Source: Octopus sinensis
Lineage: Eukaryota
Assembly (NCBI RefSeq): GCF_006345805.1
Contig: NC_043003.1
Span: 59,334,001-59,398,000, forward strand
Reading direction: 5' to 3'
Length of the DNA: 64,000 nucleotides
The notes beneath the pieces were generated by a model that ran no database searches, was not told the origin of the DNA, and saw only the letters and a program-made list of their open reading frames with translations. The first letter of the stretch is position 1. Each line of letters starts with the position of its first letter. The position numbers and the translations under genes were made by a program. Shown piece after piece: positions 24,175-35,898 of the stretch.

Positions 24175-27100
24175 TAAGTCCTGTGGACTCCAGGGGTTCC
24201 CAAAGAAATTTTAATGGTGGTCTCCTTACAGTCTTTTTCGATGCCTCGCGGTCCCTTATAAAATCAAGGAGAATAACCACAGTGAAAATATTTTTTTAAC
24301 TTTTATTTATTTCGAAAATGACAAAACTCACTCACCAAATTAACATAGAATTTCAGTGAGTTGGGTGCACCTGCTTCGCTTTCAGCAAATTCTACGAGTT
24401 AGGCTGTGATTTTGACAGGGCCACCCTTATGTCATCACCCACATCTAGTCTGTTTCGAGATTTTTTTTGATAGTGAGTAAAGTAGAAAACGCAGTTTCGC
24501 ACTCATAAGTGGTTGCGAACGAATCAATACTTTTAGAACCATCTTTGCAATATCAGAATATGACTGCGCCATTTGAATCCAAAAGTCGCTGCTGCATACC
24601 TGACTGAAAGATAGCTTTGCATCCCCATCATGCACTAAATCAATAAATTGTTCTTGAAAATGGAGAGTTGCAAATGGGTTGTTGACGAAGCGATAGTATT
24701 TATCAAGTTCCTGTAGGTCGGGAAAGTATCAAAATTTCATCGCCAAGAATTCACTTCAAGGATATCATCATTGACCTGGAGTTCAGTTTAGTAAAGAAAT
24801 ATGTTGAGCTGTGGAAATGGTGCAAAGTTCCTACTGTCTAATTTTGAATGCTATAAAACGAACTGCATTTTGAAAGCAGTCAATTGTTCATGACAGTGGA
24901 GCACGGTAAACTGTTTTTCTTGCAGTGCAACATTAACGCTATCTACGGATTCGAATATGTCTACAAAATATGACAGGCACATCAGAAAACGATTATCAGA
25001 GAAAATTTTACACGTGCCTGGTTTAGCGTCTTTTAGAAAGCCATGTACTTCTTGTAGTACGAAAATTCTCTTCAAAACTTTTCCCCTTGAAAGCCATCTT
25101 ACGTTTGAATGCAACAAAAGAGTTTCGAATTCCGAATCATTTTCTTTGCATAACTCAGCAAACAGAGGCGAGTTAAGAGCATCCGCTTTGATGAAATTAA
25201 CTGCGTTTATCACGTCATTCAGAACATTTAAAAACTCATCAGGCATGGTTTACACCATCAGTGCTTGATGATGAATAGTGCAGTGTGAACCAATAGCATC
25301 TGGAGACATTTCTTTCACCAAAGTCTGAAAACCAGAATGGCAACCAAGCATCGCCGAAGCACTGTTGCTGCACATCTCAATAGCATGCTCCCACGTAATA
25401 CCATACGCATTGAAAAGTCGGTCAACTCTGACAAATATTCCATTCACAGTTGTCTTGGTACTTAGGCATTCGCAAAACAAGAAATCGTCAAGATACTTGT
25501 CATGTACATAACGGACATAGATGTAAAGTTGGACTAAGTTGGCGACATCCGTCGTTTCACCAAGCTGGATTGCAAAAAAGTTAAACGTTGAATTTTGAAT
25601 TTTCGAGACCACTTGCGACAGAATGTTATCGGACATTTCAGTTATGCACCGGCTAATAGTATCGTTAGCTTTTGTGATTCAGAACTTCTCAGCACATTCG
25701 ATATAATATTTTTGCAGCAAGGTAATATTAACGTTTCTTCACAGTTATGGGATTTTTTGGCAGCCACAATTTTCCTCGAAACCTCATAAGAGGCCTTCAG
25801 ACCAGACGTAATGTCTTGCGAAAACATTCCCGAGTAATCAAGTCTATATTCAATCAATCTTTTGGTTTTGCATTTGAAGAAGTCTGCATCTTTGTGAATT
25901 GAACTGGCGTGCTTAGTTTCCAAGTGTCTCTTAAACTTGCCGGGCTTTAGTGAAGTAGTCGTCAACACTTTGGAGCACAAAACATACTGCGGTTTCTCCT
26001 CTCCGCCAGAATTTATCACAGTAAAACTGATTTTCAAATATTACTTGTCATATCTCATATTTTTTTTGTTTTTTGTAGGCATTCAGAAGGCGAAAACATA
26101 ATGTAATATAATGTAGCTCTAACCTGAAGACGGACATTTTCAATGTACATTACTTAATTGGCATTTTGAAAATAATTGAACAAATGACAAACATGGTAAT
26201 ATGCATACAAAAAATCAAAAATATGCATCATATACAGCACTATAATGTTTCAGTATTGTTTGTGGATAATATCCGAATAAAATGCTATCTGGAGCCCGAA
26301 ATTTGGTCACCACAATTAAATGATTACTAAAAGAAGATTTACCGGAACGATTGGGGTAACAACCGGTATCAATGTATACTACGGAGAGATGTAAACAGAG
26401 ACAGAAACGTCCAGAAATTTTTTAGTAGCCTATAACGATCCCAATAATTCAGAATACAAAATAACACAAAATCAAGTGTATTGTGTTTTTTTATGCGTTA
26501 TGCTTGTCTCGTAACAAAACGTGTACGCACGAGTCATATGAGGGGGACCCTGTATGTACTTTAATGGTAAGGGCAAAAAGGGAGGGAATCAGACAGTGGT
26601 GATATTAATGGAAAACTGAAAATCGATGATGATAGTGATGATAAACTATGTCAGTACGAGATAGCCTCACTAACTGAATTCCGGAAGAATCAAGAATCAG
26701 TCACTGACGGGCAGAGCGGACATGTGTAGTCAAGGATGACTAAGAGTATTGTGTCTTTAAGAGAAAGGGTTCTTTGGCTGAGTCGACTTCGAGGTCACAA
26801 ACTACAAAAGTCATGCAATTGAGTCAGCGTAACTAGGCCAGGAAAAAATTAACTCAAAAAGAAACATACCATAAGGTCAATAACACAAAGAGTAATGTGG
26901 ATGATAGGTTTATCCTTCATTAAATCTCATCACAGGAGGATGAACAGACAAACTGTGTGCATTCTCAATGCAACTTTCCACCTCTTCATGTAGGTCACGA
27001 CACTCGGTGTTTTTTTTTCAGGGTTATGGTGACTTACTTACATCTAGCTCCACGTGCCTGGCAGGCGCTTGGATACAGCCTCCGTTATTATGTCAACAAG

Positions 27101-27294
27101 TGAACTGCAGTGGCGGTGATGGGGCATTTTGCAACCCTTGTCCGAGCTTAACTCTTGGACCTTCAATTGTTCAGTAACAATTTGGCTCAATTCGGAAAAC
27201 ACATTTTTGGTCAAATAATGGCTTATAAATGCCCAATGATCAGAGTCGCTTCGCAGTCTCCTAGGGAACTACAGACCTCAGACTGAGAACCTAG
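24175..27294 (-). mobile_element. hAT DNA transposon (Buster/Charlie-like), near full length, decayed
   Basis: Transposase pieces in the ORF track; terminal/subterminal motifs caggggttccca (24191) and reverse-complement ctaggttctcagtctgaggtc (27294). Confidence 0.85.
24435..26037 (-). pseudogene. hAT transposase (BED finger, DDE core, hATC dimerisation), frameshifted
   Basis: KPQYVLCSKVL...KFKRHLETKH; FAIQLGETTDVAN...YVRYV; LLLHSNVRWLSRGKVL; FWIQM...YSDIAKM across four broken ORFs. Confidence 0.9.
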
Positions 27295-29702
27295 GAGTTC
27301 ACTCAGATTTTGAAATAATGATGTTTTTTTTCTTTAGTTTTAGAGTAAAATTCTTTAGATAATTAGGTTTTAGATGCTAAATAAAATATATTTACATGAG
27401 TTTATATATTTTCTGGAGAAAATATATAAATTGGGAATCGATAAGATATAATGTAATTTTGTATGATGTTAACTGGATAAGAGAGAAATATATGCTCTCC
27501 TACTGAACATACCAAAAGTCTTTTATAGGTGATTCATTGGTTGATTGTTATCGTGCCATTATCTATATTGACAATAGAATTCTATGATTAATATGCTTCG
27601 AGAAACAATTATTTAATGCAGTGTTTCCATTTGTTTATCCGTGTAATCTGAAAACCTTACATATGTTGTATTGCTGCCTACATCTGGACGATTGACAAGT
27701 CGGTATTTTCAGGACTAAGCGGTGCTGGAGATTTTCATAAGTACGAATGGATTTGTTATACATATCTGCCATTAGGGCTTAAATAATCTATTTTGTAACA
27801 TCAACAAGCCATGTTGAATATAGTACAGCCTTTAGGAAGTTCTTCATTTTAAGAATCCGTCTAAAGATTGTAAATTTAACGGAAGTTCTTTTTCACATCA
27901 TTAAATATCAATAAACGAAACTAACGGGTGCTTTCTTTCAACTGACGCTTTGCTTGAATGGAAAAAAGAATCATATTAATTAAAATTCCCATTGATTAAT
28001 ATGAAACAACATTTTCTGCTTTGAGGACAACATGGAAAATAATTTTATCTGTTGGCCAAATAAATGTTGTGTAAAAATGACCGAAGTTAAGATTGTTGAG
28101 ATTGTGTGTCGATCAGGAAGCAGACACAGAGACAACATTTTAGTTTGTAGCTCAAGTATAAATTTAGAGATATTGCTGGAAAGAATATTCTTTGTTTCAG
28201 GAAGTAGCCATTGAAAATATTGCGAGTATAATTACGTCAAAGACTAAGACATTAGCAACATTGAATAATATTTACTATTTACCAATAGATCACGTGGTTA
28301 TATTCCGAATGGTTTAACAGGGTTAGCATCAATGTTGGTGACAGTGTGAATTAAAATAAAATTTTAGAAATATGAAAATCTGACGTAAAATGAAATGTTG
28401 TACAATTATATAAATGTGAATTTTGTGTAATTTTTGTGTAAAATATTAATTCACAGAGGCTGACGCTATTTGAAAGCAAGTAGCACCGATGACCCTTACA
28501 ATATCATTTTCCAAATATACTAATCTATGAGAGAATATAATGAATATCAATAAATACACCTCAGGCATATAATTTTTTTAAAAACCATTCCTCATCTGTT
28601 GTCTTTCATCCGGGATGGTTACGTAACGACACAACCAACAATTCTGCTCACAGAAGCCATTATAGAGAATATAAAGATTAATATGAACGAAAAGGCATTT
28701 TTATCATAAGTTAAAAAAAAACATTTTATATTGTTATTATCAAATGGAAATTTTTCCAATTTGTTCTGAATATTTTGAAATTACAGGATGATGGCATGAG
28801 CAGAGATGTTTTAAGAAAAGTCTCTTCTAAGTAATTATGTTCTATTTCGCAAAAAAGTAAAAATACAATAAACAACAGAGAATGGTGTGAACATTCATTG
28901 ATTTGCTACATTTAGATTTTCTTGTCAGAGAGATGGAAAACAATTTTGCAAGATGATAAAATACAGCTCAATTCTGCAATATCGCCAATGATTACAATGA
29001 CGAATTACAACAGACGAATTACGAATTATACTAAACCGGCCAACGAAAAGTCGTCTCCGTGGATGTGAAAACTTAGAAACTGAAAATCTTATCTCTCTCG
29101 AACACACAATACCATCTTACAAAATGGTCGACCACAATAAAGGAGTTTATCAAAGGTGACACGATAGCTTAAAAATAAAAAGGAAACATTGAAGCTGGAA
29201 AGAATTTAATCATAGTCTGAACAAGAGTTAAGGTGGGTCGCCATTTGTTTTCAGTGAAAACAAATATTGTTTGTTCTGTAATCAAACGATACAATCATAC
29301 ATACTCTGTACTGCGAGTATAAAAGCTTCAGGAATTGTGGTTGTTCTAGTAAGAATAATTAGTCAATCTATTCCATTAATAATAGATGTTCCTTTAAAAA
29401 CACTACAGTCTTAATAATTATCTATATAGATCTGCTAATGCGAATATCGGCAAAGGAAACTATAGTTTATACTTATTGCTCTCCACTGCTCATAAAAATA
29501 GGCAAATGCTTGAACTTTTTCTGATTTCGTACACACATACAGATTTCAGAATTAATGATTGAACTAAATTGTTTCATTAGTAAATTTTTACTGATTCTAT
29601 AGTAACTGGTTTTACATGCAACACACGCACGTACTCACGCATACACATGTCCACATACTCGTACATACATAGAAATGGGATCATGTACACACACACGCAC
29701 AC

Positions 29703-29745
<43 letters not shown>

Positions 29746-30328
29746 TATATATGTATTTATGTATATGTGTGTGTGCGTAAATGTGTGTCTGTGTATTTGT
29801 GTGCACATAGGTAGGTAGAGAAAAAGGAAGAGAGAGAGAGAGAGAGAGAGAGAGCAGGAGGGGAGAAAGAGAGAAGCAGACAGACAGGGAAAATGAGTAC
29901 TGGAGGGATAGAAGACTGCACCATTTGTCAGATGTCATTTGTAGCAACTTAAAATGTGCTCAAGAACACCTCCCTCCAACAATCAAAATAACGCCTTTAT
30001 GGTCGTGAGCTCAACACATTTATGACTCGATCATGCATATATCCGGAGGTGTGTGTGTGTGTGTGTGTGTGTGTGAGTATGTGTGTGTGTGTTTGTGTGT
30101 GTGTGAGAGAGAGAGAGAGAGAGTGCGCGCGTCGACCATAAGGACATAATTTTGATTATGATGTCGGTGTTTGTATTTGTGTGTGTTGCATTATATAAAT
30201 TTAGTAGTAAAGAAATAACTGAATTTAGATGTAAGCTGACTTAGAACTGCTCATTGAAGTTTGTAAGCATTTAATTTCACTATGGAAGTTTTACTTTGCT
30301 AAACAAAACTCTCTTTGCTTCCTGACAG

Positions 30329-30366
30329 CAACAGGTACAACGATACAACAACCAAGCTGTATCGAC
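30329..30366 (+). CDS. Candidate small exon (QQVQRYNNQAVS or alternative frame)
   Basis: ctctctttgcttcctgacAG acceptor and GAC|GTGAGT donor. Confidence 0.3.
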
Positions 30367-31799
30367 GTGAGTAGGTCATCTTTCCATGGGATAAATATTT
30401 ATGACAAGGAAGAGGAGGCATATATACACGCACAAGTTCTTCCTCGAAAAACTGTGCATACAGATGTATTGTCAACTGTGACCGACTGAAGCTCTTGATT
30501 TTCTTTTTGATATCTCACGTTTTCTGCTTTTCAGCAAGCTAAAGATCATTTTAGTGTACCTGTTTAATTCAAAGTCAGCCTTCATAATCTTACATACGTA
30601 CGTACGTACGTACGTACGTACCTACCTACCTACCTACCTACCTACATACATACATACATACATACATACATACATTGATGATGTTTGGAATTCGATTTTG
30701 AGGAAAGACTTCGCTTCAATATTTTCTTATAGCAGCACGGATTTGGATTCTCAGTCATGCCAGGTGTCTACACGTTTTAAACAAATGTAATAACAGTGAG
30801 TACCTCCTGCATCGGGTGTTCAGTCAGCTTACCATCTACCCTGCTTTCATTCCATCGAGGAGAAACACACGCATACACACACATTTGTACATGTATGCAT
30901 ACAAGCAAATTTCCATCAAATTTGCTTGCACACATGCCCTTCTTCAGCTCCTGTTTATTTGCACTAGAATACAAAAACCCTCTAAATTGTCCATCCGGCT
31001 CCTTTTATGCTATATACGACAATGTCTAATGTAATATCTTTGTAAGTCTGCCAAGTATGGGTTGCGGTGGATTTGAAGCAGTGCGAGTGTTTGTATTGTC
31101 ATTCCATTAGTCGGCCCGGCGAATAAAATTTATTTTAGTGAATGGGAATTTATGCTTATTTACTCAGATATATTAACAACAGGTTGTAAAGCTAGACTTA
31201 AAAGTTGTTCTAAAGTAATGATGTATCCCATACGCAAATTTTTCCGTATTTACGCTATGAGTCAGCGCATACCGTTTTTAACATCTGTAGAATGATTAAA
31301 ATAAATGCAGCAATTGAAGAATATCTCAACAATATGCATGCTATGAAGGTACATCAGAATAACATATGTGTATTGAAAGGGTGCTTGAATATAACACGAG
31401 GGAAATATCAGCTAAGATAGAGGAAATTATAAACTGTTTTTATGGCTGCATCTTTTAAAACGAATTTGATATTAGCACATACATTTCTAAGGAAACCATT
31501 TCAATGAAACCATGTATTGCAAATAATACATGTGCTTAAGGATATGTATGCATGTATAGATGTCGTTATGCATGTGTATACCCGTATGTATCTATGTATG
31601 TAACTATGCATCCATATATGTATGCTTATATGTATGTATTCCTGAACTCATGTCAGTCAATTGTCGTCTAAGTGCGGTACTTAATGTATGTATACATACA
31701 TACACATATTGACATACATGCATACATATGTGTGTGTGTGACTGTCTGTATCTATGTATGTATATTTCTATATACATACATACATAAGACAGCCAGATC

Positions 31800-32770
31800 T
31801 AGAGAAAAAATTATTGGGTAGGATTTCTCCACAATAAGATAAAGCAAAATATATACAGTTTGATAGTGTCCATTGCTATTCGTCAATATCAGAATCCCTG
31901 TTGTGAATTAGATTGGGGTTTGCACGTGAATTTTTAACCATCGACGATTATTTAGTGGCAGATCTATTTGGACTAAAAAGATATAATACCTGCGACCTGT
32001 TCAAAGTCCAGTGTGTTCGCATGATAGCACTGATGTATACAGTTTCTTTGGTTTATACATATTAAACCGTCTAAATTCAAAATCCCACAACATCAATATG
32101 GGTATATAATGCTATGGAGCCCTCCAGAAAACAATTTATTTCCACCCTCAGTTCTTTAGGACGTAGAATTTCCACTTAAAAATTGTAACCAGGATTGACA
32201 TTATAAATATTTTCTTAGACCGCTAGCCTATTTCCTATAAAACCTATGAGCCAAACAAAAATGTAAAATATGTTAGTAAACTCTATTGATGCCAGCGTAT
32301 GATATTCTAGAGCTTAATTACTAACTTAAACCGTAGAATAAGCACATCTTTCTTCAACTAAAATATTTGAAATGGCATCTCCATATTATAATAAGGCTTT
32401 ACCGGATGACAGCTTCACTGATAGCTTCTTTTATAACCCAAAACATCAACCAGGAACAATAAACATCCAGGTACAATAAACATCTGACTTTTAGAAACTC
32501 CGAGAAGAGAGATAAAACAACCCTCTCGGCATTAATTTGAAGACGTAAAGACACAAAATACAAATACAATATGGTGTGGAAGATCCTTTCTAAGACATCT
32601 TATATCAACGGGTCCAAAAATATTCCTTACCATCGCTTAAAAACACTACTTCTTTAAAACTATCTAAGAAGCTCTAGGAACTGTATAAATATCATAAGCA
32701 AGGTTCGTTCATCATGCTCGCATCTTATAAAGTACATCTTACCACAAATTAAAGATAAGCAACCGGACAG
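31800..32770 (+). pseudogene. Penelope-like reverse transcriptase fossil (no ORF >=60 aa)
   Basis: Manual translation through stops and shifts: KYIQFDSVHCYSSISESLL*..LGFA; GLYILNRL..NMGI*CYGAL (GLYRDDGL-like); NIFLD..SYKTYEPN..KYV; FEMASPYYNKAL; GRSFL; KVRSSCS. Confidence 0.65.
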
Positions 32771-33021
32771 ATCATAGCCCATTCTAGTGATATTTTCGAC
32801 GTTTGTTAGAAAGGGTACGAATAATTGTAGTGTAATTAATTATCCCCGTTTGGACGCTCTCTCTCTTCTTTAAAATACGAGTTTTCATTCAAACCAAGAT
32901 TACATCAGACACAATTTTCAAACCGTCTTGTTGACATTAACAGCTTGAAAAATAGTGAAATACATTTTATATATCAGCCAGGAAACACTAGATAGCTGAC
33001 GTTCACACGGATTGATCCGTA

Positions 33022-33067
<46 letters not shown>

Positions 33068-33119
33068 TATATATATATATTATATATATATATATATATT
33101 ATATATATATATATTATAT

Positions 33120-33161
<42 letters not shown>

Positions 33162-33168
33162 ATATATA

Positions 33169-34101
33169 TATTACATTATATATAAGGGCTTAGTAAAATA
33201 AATTACTTTGCCACATACTGAACTCATTAGAATAGCAGCTAAAGAAATTTCTTCAGCTATTTCTAATACTTAAAGAAGATCTCTCTCAGATAGTGTTTGC
33301 CTAAACTAAACTAACTGTGAGTTAGTTTAGGCAAACACTATCTGAGAGAGCTCTTCTTTAAGTATTAGAAATAGCTGAAGAATTTATTTAGCTGCTATTT
33401 CTAATGAGTTCAGTATGTGGCAAAGTATTTATTTTACTAAGCCCTTATATATAATGTAATATTTTGAATTCGCCTATAATGGTCCCTTTACATACTGAAC
33501 ACTTGGTGAAACTGATTAATAATTAATTAATTTTACCCTCAATTGTTGAAATTATAATTCATCTCTCTTAGCTAAATTCTGCGGTCTTCACTGTTAATAC
33601 TTGGTGTTTGTCAATTTTAACCCACGCTGGTGGAAAGGGGAGAGCAGAAATTCTTCGCTTGCATATCGAATTTGATAGCACTTTTAGTTCGAGCAGAATT
33701 CTATAGGTGATTAGAAGCCGAAAGGGTATGCTCCCGACTTAAGTGTTCCCAAATCCGATTCAAGGAATTCTGAGCTGAAGAAAGAAATGTCGAATTGACT
33801 AATCTAGAAACGTACGTTCTCAAATAACCTTTGCACTTGATTTTTTAATGTTTTTTCCCCCATACTTTTGTGAGTTAGTTTAGGCAAACACTATCTGAGA
33901 GAGATCTTCTTTAAGTATTAGAAATAGCTGAAGAAATTTCTTAGCTGCTATTTCTAATGAGTTCAGTATGTGGCAAAGTAATTTATTTTACTAAGCCCTT
34001 ATATATAATGTAATATTTTGAATTCGCCTATAATGGTCCCTTTACATACTGAACACTGGTGAAACTGATTAATAATTAATTAATTTTACCCTCAATTGTT
34101 G

Positions 34102-34104
<3 letters not shown>
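33169..34104 (+). mobile_element. PLE-type pLTR: 553-bp-period partial tandem with 5' inverted copy and internal hammerhead
   Basis: 33316-33551 repeats at 33869-34104; 33169-33316 is the inverse of 33320-33462; (TA)n on both sides. Confidence 0.8.
33771..33822 (+). ncRNA. Minimal type-I hammerhead ribozyme motif (HHR-2)
   Basis: UGAG-CUGAAGA-A AGA aau GUC gaauu GAC uaa UCU A-GAAA-CGUACG-UU-CUCA; palindromic CGUACG helix III, GUU triplet. Confidence 0.75.
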
Positions 34105-34159
<55 letters not shown>

Positions 34160-34274
34160 ATATTTTAAAATATAGGTTATATATGGATTATATACTTATA
34201 ATTTTTCATTCATACTTTAATTATTTTAAAATTATTATTTTTATATTTTAAAATATGATTTTTAGATTGGAAGT

Positions 34275-34316
34275 CCACCTGAGATTGTCGATCAAGACAA
34301 GAAACGATTGTAGTGG
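34275..34316 (+). ncRNA. Minimal type-I hammerhead motif lacking core N7 (HHR-3)
   Basis: CCAC-CUGA(-)GA-UUGUC gaucaa GACAA-GAAA-CGAUUG-UA-GUGG; stems I and II perfect, near-palindromic CGAUUG, GUA triplet. Confidence 0.72.
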
Positions 34317-34404
34317 CGGTTTTTTTTGACTATTTATTAAAATTTTATGTATTGATTAAGTCTTTCCTTCTTTGTTTTGCAAAATAGTGGTTTTGTCTCT
34401 AATA

Positions 34405-34514
<110 letters not shown>

Positions 34515-34555
34515 TCTGTGTGTATGTATGTATATATATATGTGTATATATATGC

Positions 34556-34952
34556 CCAGGAGTGGCTGTGTGGTAAATAGATTGGTTACCAACCACATGG
34601 TTCCGGGTTCAGTCCTACTGTGTGGCACCTTGGAAAGTGTCTTCTACTACAGCCTCGGGCCGACCAAAGCCTTGTGAGTGGATTTAGTAGATGGAAACTG
34701 CAAGAAGCCCGTAGTATATATGTATATTCATATGTGCGTGTGTGTGTGCTTGTGTCTGTGTTTGTCCCCCCAACATCGCTTGACAACCGATGCTGGTGTG
34801 TTTACGTCCCCATAACTTAGCGATTCGGCAAAAACGGCCGATAAAATAAGTACTAGGCTCACAAAGAATAAGTCCTGGGGTCGATTTGCTTGACTAAAGG
34901 CGGTGCTCCAGCATGGCCAGAGTCAAATGACTGAAACAAGTAAAAGAGTAAA
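34556..34952 (+). mobile_element. SINE family A, full length
   Basis: caggagtggctgtgtggtaa...ggttcagtcc...gactgaaacaagtaaaagag. Confidence 0.92.
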
Positions 34953-34999
34953 GTAAATGTATTTTGTTGGGTATGATGGGAATTGTCATCTGCCCACAG

Positions 35000-35300
35000 C
35001 CAGCAGACTGAACCTCTGTATGGAAAAGAACGGTAACGACACTCTGCACTTGACATGGGAATCTCCTCTGCTAAGGACCTCACTCCTGGATTCAGTGGAA
35101 GACAATCACCTGAAAATGTGAAGAGGTCAATCAAAATTTACTTTGCTCAAATGGGACAATAAAACCGGCCCAACCACCTGTAAATGTGGCGAAGGAAATC
35201 ATGCTATGGTGTACCACCATGTCTGCCTTCACCTGCTCAATTCATACAGCTCAGAAGAGCTTACAGGGTTTAATAAAAATGCGGAGAACTGTGAAAAGAA
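35000..35300 (+). mobile_element. Decayed non-LTR retrotransposon 3' fragment (Cys-His finger)
   Basis: LLKWD...PTTCKCGEGNHAMVYHHVC...SEEL resembles the LxKWG..CxCG..H..C C-terminus of APE-type LINEs; clade uncertain. Confidence 0.45.
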
Positions 35301-35664
35301 ACGGAAAAATCTGTATTAATATTTCGCTTTGAAAATCAAAAGATGTTACGTACACACGAATACACATGTACTCACAGACACATATGATACAAATTACAGT
35401 GTTAACTACGTTGGAATAGAATACATCGAACAGAACGTTAGAGAAAGTGAAACCAGTAATGAAAACAAATTTGTATGTTAAAACAATATATAAATATCCC
35501 GGAACAAGCGTTGCACAAATGTTGAAAAGAAACCGTGGAATAAATCTAGGGTAATTATGAAAATTTGGTGTGACAAAGAAAATACCAGCTTCATTTACAA
35601 ATAACTAACAGAAAACAACGAATAAATACGATATTGGTTAGCTTAAATATCGGTTGAAACCATT

Positions 35665-35898
35665 GGTTAAACCTATTTCTTTACTACTCCACAAGGGGAT
35701 AAACACAGAAGGGACAAGCAAGGACAGACAAACGGGTTATATCGACCCCAGTGCGTAACTGGTATTTATTTAATCGACCCCGAAAGGATGAAACGCAAAG
35801 TCGACCACGGCGGAATTTGAACTCAGAACGTAGCGACAGACGAAATACTGCTGAGCATTTCGCCAGGCGTGCTAACGATTCTGCCAGCTCACCGCCTT
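35665..35898 (-). mobile_element. SINE family B, full length
   Basis: Same head, core and tail as 13875-14092. Confidence 0.88.

Noticed and set aside
28787-29170. Possible exons DDGMSRDVLRKVSS and RWKTILQDDKIQ...
   Set aside because: The second does not splice in frame from its AG and ends in a stop; the first gives an alternative chain incompatible with the 50.5-kb exons.
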